A stretch of 30,541 nt of DNA from an uncultured Planctomycetales bacterium (GTDB lineage: Bacteria > Omnitrophota > Gorgyraeia > Gygaellales > Profunditerraquicolaceae): assembly GCA_964554825.1 (NCBI GenBank), contig CAZKQC010000001.1:1-30541 (forward strand), in the 5' to 3' direction. Both the position numbers and the translations under genes were made by a program. The notes under the pieces are model-generated. The model was not told the DNA's origin. It searched no databases and was given only the letters and a program-made list of their open reading frames with translations. This document shows positions 17,599 through 25,688 of the stretch, piece after piece. How positions within the stretch are numbered: position 1 is the first letter of the stretch; every line of letters starts with the position of its first letter.

Positions 17599-19032
17599 AT
17601 GGGCAAGCGGACTATCATAACGTTTTTACTTATCATTGTATTCGCCCTTTCTTTGAGGCTGTATTTTTTGGGGCAGGATAATCTAACTACATATGAATTC
17701 GGCTCTATCTTCGTAGCGCACAACTAGTTAGCAAATGCAAGCTATTTCAGCGCGCAAACGTCGCACCACCCCCTTTACTACTATTTTCTTTATTGGTGGA
17801 TGCGCCTGTGGAATTCGGGATATACTGCGGGAAAACTACTATCTGTAGTCTGGGGTACATTGCTGGTCATAGCTATTATTCTGAACGCTTTCTTGAAAGA
17901 AGGGATATTAACTAAAGGGGATGCGCTGTTTGCCTCTTTTGTTGTCGCGGTTTCTCCGATACATATATTTTTCTCACACTACATCTCTCTTTATGCGTTT
18001 TTTACGCTTATCGTTTTCTTATCGAATATTTCGTTCATGTTGTTTTTAAAAAAAGATAAGCTGCGTTATAGCATAGGGTACGTATTTTTCACTACCCTCA
18101 TGCTTTATACACAAATCTGTGGGTACATCATGCTTATGATCCAGGCAGTATCATTTTTGTTTATGGGAAGGAAAGTAAAGAAATGGCTCGCGGTAATCCT
18201 GGTTATTATCGGGCTATACCTGCCCTGGTACGCCTTAGCCTTTCCTTATCAGATGCGTGTTTGGCAGACGGGGTCTCCGGGCATGAAGGCAGCAGTCAGG
18301 TATGACCCCCCCTTGCCTACTCTAGAGACGGTTTGGCAGACGCTCATAGATTATAGCGCCGGCAGTTCGTTCCTTTTGTTCTTGTTCTTTTTGGTTATCC
18401 TTTACGGTATAATAAAAAATCGACGAGATCTAAGCACCAGTTTATTTCTTCTGTTTTGGTCTACAGTTCCCATTCTCGCCTTATATTTAGTCTCGCTTCA
18501 CGTAGATTCAATATATAAACACAAAGAACTTCTTTTTGTTTCTGTGCCGATTTTCCTCTTGGTTGGCAGGGGGGTTGCGTATTGCAATAAGGGCATCAAG
18601 GCGGTTATTATTATAGCTATTGCCTCTGCCTCTACTTTACAGTTAATCAGTATTTCTTATCGCCAGGCCCCTGAGCGGTGGCGAGAGCTGGTTTCGGCGG
18701 TTTCAAAGATAAGGGCGCCCTCGGATTTAGTCATAGCCCTACAGGACCAGGAACCGCTGCGTTATTATTACCGGGATAGATTTCGCACCGCCGGGTCTAT
18801 TACTAGCCTTAAAGTTGCGGTAACTGCTGAAAAGGGAAAGTTTGACAGGCTGCTTTTGATTATGCGCCTGGATAATCCAGCTGTTAACAATGAGGCTATC
18901 GAGTACCTGAAGAGCGGCTATACCCTGCTTTCACAGCAAGAATATACATATGATAAACCTAAATACGGAGAAAGCTGCGCGATTGCGTATTATCTGTTCG
19001 GCAGAAAAAAGAAAACAACTCGTACGGACTAA
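17599..19032 (+). pseudogene. GT-C (PMT/ArnT-like, GT39-type) membrane glycosyltransferase interrupted by an in-frame TAG at 17725-17727 (nonsense allele, read-through or sequence error)
   Basis: ATG 17599 is in frame with the ORF-track start at 17800. Manual translation gives MGKRTIITFLLIIVFALSLRLYFLGQDNLTTYEFGSIFVAHN*LANASYFSAQTSHHPFYYYFLYWWMRL, which is gap-free colinear from RLYFL to HHPFYY with the N-terminus of the paralog at 19035. Confidence 0.8.
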
Positions 19033-19034
19033 CG

Positions 19035-20444
19035 ATGAATAGAAAAACGGCCATCTTATTAGCGGTCATTGTGTTCTGCGCTATTCTGGCCAGGATTTAC
19101 TTCCTGGCAAGAGCAGAATTAAGCACCTATGAGTATAATGTTATATTGCTGGCAGCGCGCACCATAACAGAAATAGTCCCTAATACTATGGCTATCGCAC
19201 ACCATCCGTTCTATTACTACGTGCTTCATTGGTGGTTGTTTCTGGTCAGGCCGATGGATATTTCCGGGAAATTATTTTCAATGCTCTGCAATACCGCATT
19301 ACTTGTCGCAATACCGCTTTTCTCTTTGCATAAGAAAGCCGTATTCAATAAGGAAGTCGCTTTGTTAACCGCGCTAATTATTGCCGTTTCTCCCTCGCAT
19401 ATATTTTATTCGCATTACGTCTCGCTATACGGATTTTTCACGCTCATTGCATTTCTCTTCAACCTCTCGTTCCTTTTGTTTGCCGAGAAGGAAAAGCTGC
19501 GCTATGCAGTATGGTATGCGGTCTTTACAACAATAATGCTCTATACGCAAATCTGCGGTTACATTATGTTTTTTATCCAGGCCGTATCTTTTGCATTTAT
19601 AGGCAAGAAGGTTAAAAAGTGGGCTGTAGTGACCTCCATTATCTTCGCGCTTTATTTACCCTGGCACATTCTGGTTTTTCCCGCACAGATGGCATCTTGG
19701 CAGGGTGGCTCTGCGGGCATGAGGGCCGCGGTTAAGCATGATCCACCTGTGCCTACGCTACAGACGCTTGGGCAGACATTCATAGATTTTAGCGCTGGAA
19801 GTCCCCAGTTGCTTTTTTTATTGATCTGGATAATGCTCTACGGAATGATTAAGAACAGAAACGAGGTCAGGGTAAACCTCTTCCTGACTGCCTGGCTTCT
19901 CCTGCCCCCTTTTATTTTGTATTTAGTCTCTCGGAATATAGACCCTGTTTATAAATCAAAAGAACTATTTTTTGTTTCCGTGCCGTTTTTCATTCTTATC
20001 GCTAAAGGAATAACGTGTTTTAGCAGGGCGATTAAAATATCCATCGTAGCGGTTACTGTGCTTGTTTCTTCTTTAGCCCTGTTGGATAAATTTTACCTTG
20101 AGCCTCCTGAACGCTGGAGCGAATTGGTTTCCAAGATAAAAAGTATTCGCTTGAGCTCGGATATCGTGATATCCTTTAATTCGCAAGAGCCGTTTAATTA
20201 CTATTATAAAGATACCCATTACGTCAGCTATAGTATCAGGGATATCGAAGATATAGTTTCCAAGATTAAGAATGAAGACAGGTTTTTTGTAGTTGTCAGG
20301 GCTGATGACCCGGTACTTAACACGCAGACTATCGAGTATCTAAAGGAAAAGCACCCCTTCCTTTCAGAAAAGCAATATGGCTATGCCAGGTCCAGATACG
20401 GGGAGAGCTGCGGGGTCGGGTATTATTTATTCCGCAGAAATTAA
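19035..20444 (+). CDS. GT-C (PMT/ArnT-like, GT39-type) membrane glycosyltransferase; intact tandem paralog of 17599-19032
   Basis: Multi-TM protein with RIYFL...HHPFYYYVLHWW, AVSPSHIFYS..VSLYG, LYLPW and a C-terminal soluble domain (PERW.ELVS.....R..SD.VI). These blocks are shared with the upstream copy. Confidence 0.82.
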   Translation: MNRKTAILLAVIVFCAILARIYFLARAELSTYEYNVILLAARTITEIVPNTMAIAHHPFYYYVLHWWLFLVRPMDISGKLFSMLCNTALLVAIPLFSLHKKAVFNKEVALLTALIIAVSPSHIFYSHYVSLYGFFTLIAFLFNLSFLLFAEKEKLRYAVWYAVFTTIMLYTQICGYIMFFIQAVSFAFIGKKVKKWAVVTSIIFALYLPWHILVFPAQMASWQGGSAGMRAAVKHDPPVPTLQTLGQTFIDFSAGSPQLLFLLIWIMLYGMIKNRNEVRVNLFLTAWLLLPPFILYLVSRNIDPVYKSKELFFVSVPFFILIAKGITCFSRAIKISIVAVTVLVSSLALLDKFYLEPPERWSELVSKIKSIRLSSDIVISFNSQEPFNYYYKDTHYVSYSIRDIEDIVSKIKNEDRFFVVVRADDPVLNTQTIEYLKEKHPFLSEKQYGYARSRYGESCGVGYYLFRRN

Positions 20445-20468
20445 ACTTATAAAAAGAGCAGATTGTTA

Positions 20469-21500
20469 ATGCGAGATTTACTTTTGTGGTTATCGAGAAA
20501 AATTAATTACCCCTTCCTGCCGCCGCAGGTAATGCAGATCTCCCTTACCTATCGTTGTAACTTGCACTGTAAAATGTGCAATATCTTTGGCCTCTTGCCC
20601 CAGGAAGAAGAATTAACTACCGCGCAGGTCTTTCATGCTATTGACGAGGCGCGCGCCTATAATATAGGAGAGGTGCTTCTTACCGGAGGAGAGCCCCTGG
20701 TCAGAGAAGACCTGGGCGCGATATGCCGGCATTGTGCCGAGCAGGGACTCAGGAGCATCATCACCACTAACGGGGCCCTGATTGATGCGAGAATGGCCCA
20801 GGAGTTATCCGCCTGGGGGGTGAGCCATATCCATGTTTCTCTTGATGGCCTGGAGGCAACCAATGATTTCTTCAGGGGTAACAATGCCTTTAAGAAGGCT
20901 GTTGAAGGGATTGTCATTCTCAATAACAAGAGAAAAAACACCCGTTTTTTTTCACTCGGGGTCGCCTGTACCGTAATGGATAATAATGTGCAGGAATTAT
21001 CCGAGCTGCTTAAGATGGCGGATAGCCTCGGAGTAGACGTAATTAATTTTCAGCCGTTAGTAAGCGACAATGCCAACTTTCTAGACAAGAAGCTTCCTTC
21101 CTTCTGGGTACGGCAAGAGAAGATCCCTCTCCTAGAAGAGGAGATAAAAAAGATACGGCATTACCAGCCTCTTCATATTACCGTTTATGAAGAACCGCGC
21201 CTGGAGCTCTTGGTTGACTATTATCAGCGCAGGCTTTTGCCGAGGGACTGGGTTTGTTTCGGAGGATTTAAAACAGTTTTTATCTGTTATGATAAACGCA
21301 AACCTTTGATTTATAGTTGTCACGGCATATGCGGGGATCTGGAGGAGGTCACCTTAAAGAAGGCCTGGCTTTCCAAGGATGCCCGTAAACTTCGCCTGCA
21401 CTCCGGTGCCTGCAGAGAATTATGCATGCAGAGCTGTTATTCTCAGGAGTCTGCTCAAAGTTTAAAGCGGATTTTATTCCGCGGCAAAAGGAAGAAGTAA
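20469..21500 (+). CDS. Radical SAM SPASM/twitch-type protein F (close paralog of 10637-11704)
   Basis: WLSRKINYP..PP, LTYRCNLHCKMC, TGGEPL, TTNG, SLDG and DWVCFGG...CRELCMQSC. ATG 20469 is preferred over TTG 20463. Confidence 0.88.
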   Translation: MRDLLLWLSRKINYPFLPPQVMQISLTYRCNLHCKMCNIFGLLPQEEELTTAQVFHAIDEARAYNIGEVLLTGGEPLVREDLGAICRHCAEQGLRSIITTNGALIDARMAQELSAWGVSHIHVSLDGLEATNDFFRGNNAFKKAVEGIVILNNKRKNTRFFSLGVACTVMDNNVQELSELLKMADSLGVDVINFQPLVSDNANFLDKKLPSFWVRQEKIPLLEEEIKKIRHYQPLHITVYEEPRLELLVDYYQRRLLPRDWVCFGGFKTVFICYDKRKPLIYSCHGICGDLEEVTLKKAWLSKDARKLRLHSGACRELCMQSCYSQESAQSLKRILFRGKRKK

Positions 21501-21501
21501 T

Positions 21502-22782
21502 ATGGATGCTCTATTAAAGAAGGCGTGTATAGATTTTGCGGATAAACTAGGTTTTTATCTGGGGAGAAAATTTTCTGCGCCCTTTACGCCTGCGGAACAC
21601 GTATATTTTTCCCTCACCAACAGATGTAATCTCAGTTGTCAGATGTGCGAGATCTCCCGTAATCCCAGCCGCAAGGAAGATGAACTGAGCACTGCCCAGA
21701 TAAAAGATATTATCCTGCAGATTAAAGATATGGGGATACGCCATGTTATATTCTCAGGAGGAGAGCCGCTGTTGCGGGAGGATCTTCTGGAGATCGTGGA
21801 GTTTGCGACTGCGCAGGGCCTTGCCATGGTGGATATTATTACTAATGGTGCGCTCTTAGATGATAGTATTATCGAGAAGTTAATACGGGCCCGCGTCAAC
21901 CATATAACCATCTCTTTAGATGGCATGGGAGAGGTCAACGATTTAATCCGGGGATCAGGGGTCTTTGAGAAAGCCGCCAGGAACATAGATAAAGTAAATT
22001 TCTACAAGGCCAAGCATCACTCTTCCTCTCCAAGCGTAGGAATAAACTTTACCGTCATGGACAAGAATATAGACGATATTTTACCTATGGTTTCATTCGC
22101 CCGCTCCAAGGGGTGCAATATCGTGGTCTTTCAGCCCATACTTTTCAATAATACTAAAATGTACGAGAAGAAGACTAATGCGTTATGGGTTTCCAGGCCG
22201 CATATCGTAAAATTAAAGAAAATCATAGCCAGGGTTATCGAACTTAAACACAGTCTGGATGACCTTTATATTTATACCGATACCCAGGTCTTGAAGGCGC
22301 TCCCCGGTTATTTTAGAGGCAAAAGGCCTAAGGGGAATTTTAAATGCTATGAAGGTATCAAGAGGATAGTGATTACCTGCAGCGGAACGCTATGGAGCTG
22401 TTTAGGCCTGTACGGAGACTTGCGGACGCAAGGGCTGAAAGAAGCCTGGTTTTCAGCGGAAATGAGCCGCTTGCGCAAAGAGAGTAAGCGGTGTAAGGAG
22501 CACTGCTTGCAGGATTGCGTATATTTTCCTTCGGATATCCATCGTGAGTTTGCCGGGGTGTTAGATAGAATCAGGGGGGCATCCAGGCAAGAGAAGGAGC
22601 AATTAAGAGAGATATTGCTAAGCCGCATAGATGGGTATGCGCGCATATTGTCCGGCAAGGCAGATACGCAGTCCCCGGGCCTCTTCCAGAGAATAAAGTT
22701 ATTATATGAGCTCAATAGGCTTAGAGGCATGAGAAGGAAGGTATCGGGTATAAAATCGCTTGCCTCAGACAATCTCTTGTGA
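21502..22782 (+). CDS. Radical SAM SPASM/twitch-type protein G with C-terminal extension
   Basis: LTNRCNLSCQMC, SGGEPLLR, ITNG, ISLDG and CYEG...C...CKEHCLQDC followed by a ~80-aa helical tail. Confidence 0.88.
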   Translation: MDALLKKACIDFADKLGFYLGRKFSAPFTPAEHVYFSLTNRCNLSCQMCEISRNPSRKEDELSTAQIKDIILQIKDMGIRHVIFSGGEPLLREDLLEIVEFATAQGLAMVDIITNGALLDDSIIEKLIRARVNHITISLDGMGEVNDLIRGSGVFEKAARNIDKVNFYKAKHHSSSPSVGINFTVMDKNIDDILPMVSFARSKGCNIVVFQPILFNNTKMYEKKTNALWVSRPHIVKLKKIIARVIELKHSLDDLYIYTDTQVLKALPGYFRGKRPKGNFKCYEGIKRIVITCSGTLWSCLGLYGDLRTQGLKEAWFSAEMSRLRKESKRCKEHCLQDCVYFPSDIHREFAGVLDRIRGASRQEKEQLREILLSRIDGYARILSGKADTQSPGLFQRIKLLYELNRLRGMRRKVSGIKSLASDNLL

Positions 22783-22794
22783 TAGTTTATTAAC

Positions 22795-23817
22795 ATGAAT
22801 AGAGCCGTTATTTTATTGCTGTTAGCGTTTTTTCTAGCAGGCTGTGCAACCTATAAATTCCATCACGGTCAGGCCCCCTACGATAAAGGGTACGTGGCCT
22901 CAAGGGATAGCTATACTATCCCGGGATATACCCTAGGCAAAGACAATAGTGTCCCCGCTGATCTGGCCCTGGCAAAGCAGCGTTTCTCAAGACGCCGCAG
23001 AGTAGTCGAGGACTACTATAAAAAGATGGGAGCTATCGAAAACCGTTTTAAGATGGCGGTCTATGATCCGGCGGTTATGTTCATAAAATTAATCGGCGGG
23101 GTATTCCGCCTGCCTTTTATCGCCATATCGGATTATAAATACGACCACAATCCAGCATATAGAGAGAAGGTCAGGAAGCTGGAAGAGGAGAAAGACCTAC
23201 GGGAGGAAGCCAGGATCGCCCGGCTCAGGGAGAAGCTAAGCGCCTATATTAATAAGACCCTGGATTCTGAGAATTATCCGGTTTCGGCAAAACAAGGTAA
23301 ATCTGCTAAGACCCTGCCGAAAGCAGAATTGGTTGCAAAAGAGCTTTCGCAGATAGAGGCTTCATCGAGTCAGGCAGCCACCGGGGTTTCTGGCCAAGCT
23401 ATCCCTGTACAGAGCCCTACCGCAGTAAGCGCAGAGCTGGATAAGGTACAGCGCGAGCAAAAGATGGCCCAGACAATGCAGCGGCTACCGCAGGAAAAAC
23501 CAGCGAAAAAAGTAGCGCAACCCAAGACGCCTGCGCCATCCGGACAACCCAGGGCCATAATTATAGCTAAACCGCAAAAGGGTTTTTCACCGCTGGCCGT
23601 GCATCTGTACGGATCCAGGTCCACCAGTCCGCAAGGCGCTATTGTATCCTACTCCTGGGATTTTGGAGACGGGGATACCTCCGAAAAAGCGAACCCGGTA
23701 AATACCTACTATAGTGGCTCTTTCCAACCGCAACAGTTTACTGTTACCCTGACTGTTAAAGATAGCAGAGGCAACACCGCTACTACCAGCAGCGTTATCG
23801 AGGTTTTAAACAGGTAA
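22795..23817 (+). CDS. Lipoprotein with C-terminal PKD domain
   Basis: Signal peptide II with lipobox FLAG-C, a helical/low-complexity Q/A/P-rich linker, and PKD motifs YSWDFGDG...ANPVNTY...VTLTVKD. Confidence 0.82.
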   Translation: MNRAVILLLLAFFLAGCATYKFHHGQAPYDKGYVASRDSYTIPGYTLGKDNSVPADLALAKQRFSRRRRVVEDYYKKMGAIENRFKMAVYDPAVMFIKLIGGVFRLPFIAISDYKYDHNPAYREKVRKLEEEKDLREEARIARLREKLSAYINKTLDSENYPVSAKQGKSAKTLPKAELVAKELSQIEASSSQAATGVSGQAIPVQSPTAVSAELDKVQREQKMAQTMQRLPQEKPAKKVAQPKTPAPSGQPRAIIIAKPQKGFSPLAVHLYGSRSTSPQGAIVSYSWDFGDGDTSEKANPVNTYYSGSFQPQQFTVTLTVKDSRGNTATTSSVIEVLNR

Positions 23818-23892
23818 TAAGTAATTCAAAACGCCCCGCCCAATCCTAATAAATAACGCAGGATGCCATTACAGCCCTAGTTTTACTTAGCC

Positions 23893-23921
23893 TTGTGTTT
23901 TTGCTGTGCCCGTGTTATTAT
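23893..23921 (+). promoter_or_regulatory. Candidate sigma70-type promoter with extended -10
   Basis: TTGTGT (23893-23898), 17-nt spacer, TATTAT (23916-23921) with TG at 23913-23914. It lies in the only long (157-nt) intergenic gap of the window. Confidence 0.55.
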
Positions 23922-23961
23922 AAAAACAAAAGTAAATAGAATTCCGGTTTTATTCAAGGCA

Positions 23962-23968
23962 AAGGAGG
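23962..23968 (+). promoter_or_regulatory. Shine-Dalgarno site for 23975
   Basis: AAGGAGG ending 6 nt before ATG 23975. Confidence 0.75.
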
Positions 23969-23974
23969 CAGGAG

Positions 23975-24295
23975 ATGATTACCATCGAGGACTTCAGGAA
24001 ATTAGAACTTAAGGTAGCGCAAATCCTCCAAGTCAGCGATCATCCCGATGCGGACAGGCTCTATATAGTTACTTTGGATTTAGGCGACAAGACCAAACAG
24101 GTGGTAGCCGGGATCAGAGGCTTTTATCAAAAAGAAGAACTTGTAGGCAAACAGGTGGTGGTGGTGGATAATCTAGAGCCGGCGGTTTTAAGAGGTGTTG
24201 AAAGCCAGGGGATGCTTTTGGCTGCTTCCGACGATACAGGGATAGTGATTATCAGTCCCCAGAGGAAGGTTAAGCTAGGCAGCGTTGTGAAATGA
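23975..24295 (+). CDS. Stand-alone tRNA-binding OB-fold protein (MetG C-terminal / Trbp111 / CsaA family)
   Basis: ITIEDFRKLELKVAQI...HPDADRL...VDLG...QVVAGI...LVGKQVVVV.NLEP..LRGVESQGMLLAA is a near-consensus match to this family. Confidence 0.92.
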   Translation: MITIEDFRKLELKVAQILQVSDHPDADRLYIVTLDLGDKTKQVVAGIRGFYQKEELVGKQVVVVDNLEPAVLRGVESQGMLLAASDDTGIVIISPQRKVKLGSVVK

Positions 24296-24792
24296 TAAAG
24301 CAATTAGTTACTGAAGCCTTTTGCCTCAACTGCCATGGTTGTTGTCGTTTTTTAACTAAGAACTCTGTTTGGGGCCCGGTTCTTCTTAAGGAAGAGGCAA
24401 AGGCCTTATCCGCAGACAGGCTTTTAAATGAAACAATTACCTCGGCCGGTAAAATCCCGTTGGTTAAAAATACGGGCAAAGAGAGTAATTTTATCTGCCT
24501 ATTTTTTAATGAAGGGCTTAATCAATGCAGGATACACAAGAGAAGACCCTTTGAGTGTCAACTCTACCCCTTCCTTCTTAATCGCAAGGGGAGCCAGGTC
24601 TTCCTGGCGGCGGATTTTAATTGTCCTTTTCTTAAAGACAGCTTTGGCACACAGGCGTTTAGAGAGTATGTTTCATTTTTAACCGCATATTTAAATGATC
24701 CTCCTTGCCTGGAAATCTTAAATAACAACCCCCAGCTGGCGCAAGCGTATGAGGGAGTCACTAATCTTTCAGAGTTGAACCTTGTCTTATGA
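24292..24792 (+). CDS. YkgJ-family cysteine-cluster (CxxCxxCC) protein
   Basis: CLNCHGCCRF...CLFF....QCRIHKRRPFECQLYPF...C. Confidence 0.85.
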   Translation: MIKQLVTEAFCLNCHGCCRFLTKNSVWGPVLLKEEAKALSADRLLNETITSAGKIPLVKNTGKESNFICLFFNEGLNQCRIHKRRPFECQLYPFLLNRKGSQVFLAADFNCPFLKDSFGTQAFREYVSFLTAYLNDPPCLEILNNNPQLAQAYEGVTNLSELNLVL

Positions 24793-25688
24793 AACTCAAT
24801 ACCCTCTTCCTCAAAGATAAAGAAATATTTTCTAGGTTTCTCAATCTTAAACAACACACATTATCCACGTATGCCTTTGAGAATATCTATATCTGGAAAA
24901 AACTTTTTCGGATAAGCTGGGCTATAATTGAAGAGAATCTTTGCGTATTCTTTCGGGATAAAACCGGATGTTTTCTGTACCTGCCTCCGCTGGGAGAACC
25001 AAATAAAGATACGGTTATCGCTAAGGCCTTCTCTGTTATGGACAGCTTCAATAAAAATAAGGAGATATCGCGCATAGAGAATATTGAAACGGAAGATATC
25101 GGGTTTTTTAGGGCCCTGGGGTATGTTTGTCAGGAGAAATCCCGGGATTATCTTTGTCTCAGAGAAGACCTGGCTAGCCTTAGGGGAAATAATTTTAAAA
25201 CCAAACGTTCCTGCCTGAACTATTTTATCAAGCATTACCGTTTCCAATACCGGGAATTCTGCGGCAGCGATGTTGATAGCTGTCTAAATTTATATAATAC
25301 CTGGAAAGAGCAACGGAGTCAAAAAAAAGCCCCTCCTTTTTATTACTGGATGCTTAGCGATAGCCTTACCTGCCTGAGGGTGTTATTGAAAGATTACCGC
25401 AGTTTAGATGTTACGGCCAGGGTTGTTAAAATAGAAGGGAAGATTAAAGGATTTACCTTTGGTTTTCTCCTTGCCCCCGACACATTCTGTATTTTATATG
25501 AAATAACCGACCTTTCCATAAAAGGCCTGGCGCAATTCATCTTTCAACAGTTCTGCCGGGAATTAAAAAGGTATAAATATATAAATATTATGGACGATTC
25601 AGGATTAGATAATCTTAAACGGGTAAAGCTTTCCTATCATCCGGTAAGATTAATACCGGCCTATATTGCTAAGAGAGGCAATGCATAA
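24789..25688 (+). CDS. DUF2156 / phosphatidylglycerol lysyltransferase C-terminal-like (GNAT-fold aminoacyl-transferase) protein, soluble
   Basis: YAFENIYIW, YLPPLG, RDYL...DL..L.G..FKTKR, KIKGFTFG and YIN..DD.G...LK..KLSYHP. No TM segments. Confidence 0.82.
   Translation: MKLNTLFLKDKEIFSRFLNLKQHTLSTYAFENIYIWKKLFRISWAIIEENLCVFFRDKTGCFLYLPPLGEPNKDTVIAKAFSVMDSFNKNKEISRIENIETEDIGFFRALGYVCQEKSRDYLCLREDLASLRGNNFKTKRSCLNYFIKHYRFQYREFCGSDVDSCLNLYNTWKEQRSQKKAPPFYYWMLSDSLTCLRVLLKDYRSLDVTARVVKIEGKIKGFTFGFLLAPDTFCILYEITDLSIKGLAQFIFQQFCRELKRYKYINIMDDSGLDNLKRVKLSYHPVRLIPAYIAKRGNA

Noticed and set aside
17725-17727. Genome-wide TAG reassignment (alternative genetic code)
   Set aside because: TAG terminates genes with complete C-termini at 5050, 15267 and 28917, and only one internal TAG was found.
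10637-22782. RiPP cluster interpretation of the SPASM enzymes
   Set aside because: The intergenic gaps leave no room for a precursor peptide, I see no PqqD/RRE domain, peptidase or peptide exporter, and the neighbours are glycosylation enzymes. A precursor outside the window cannot be excluded.
1374-22782. Ladderane or tetraether/GDGT lipid pathway (also radical-SAM rich)
   Set aside because: No ACP, fab genes or prenyltransferases in the window, and no sequence feature I can tie specifically to Tes or Grs enzymes.
16123-25328. Homopolymer tracts as phase-variation switches (A8 near 16123 and 25321, G6 near 20815)
   Set aside because: The tracts are short, the reading frames are intact, and such runs are expected by chance in Lys-rich coding sequence.
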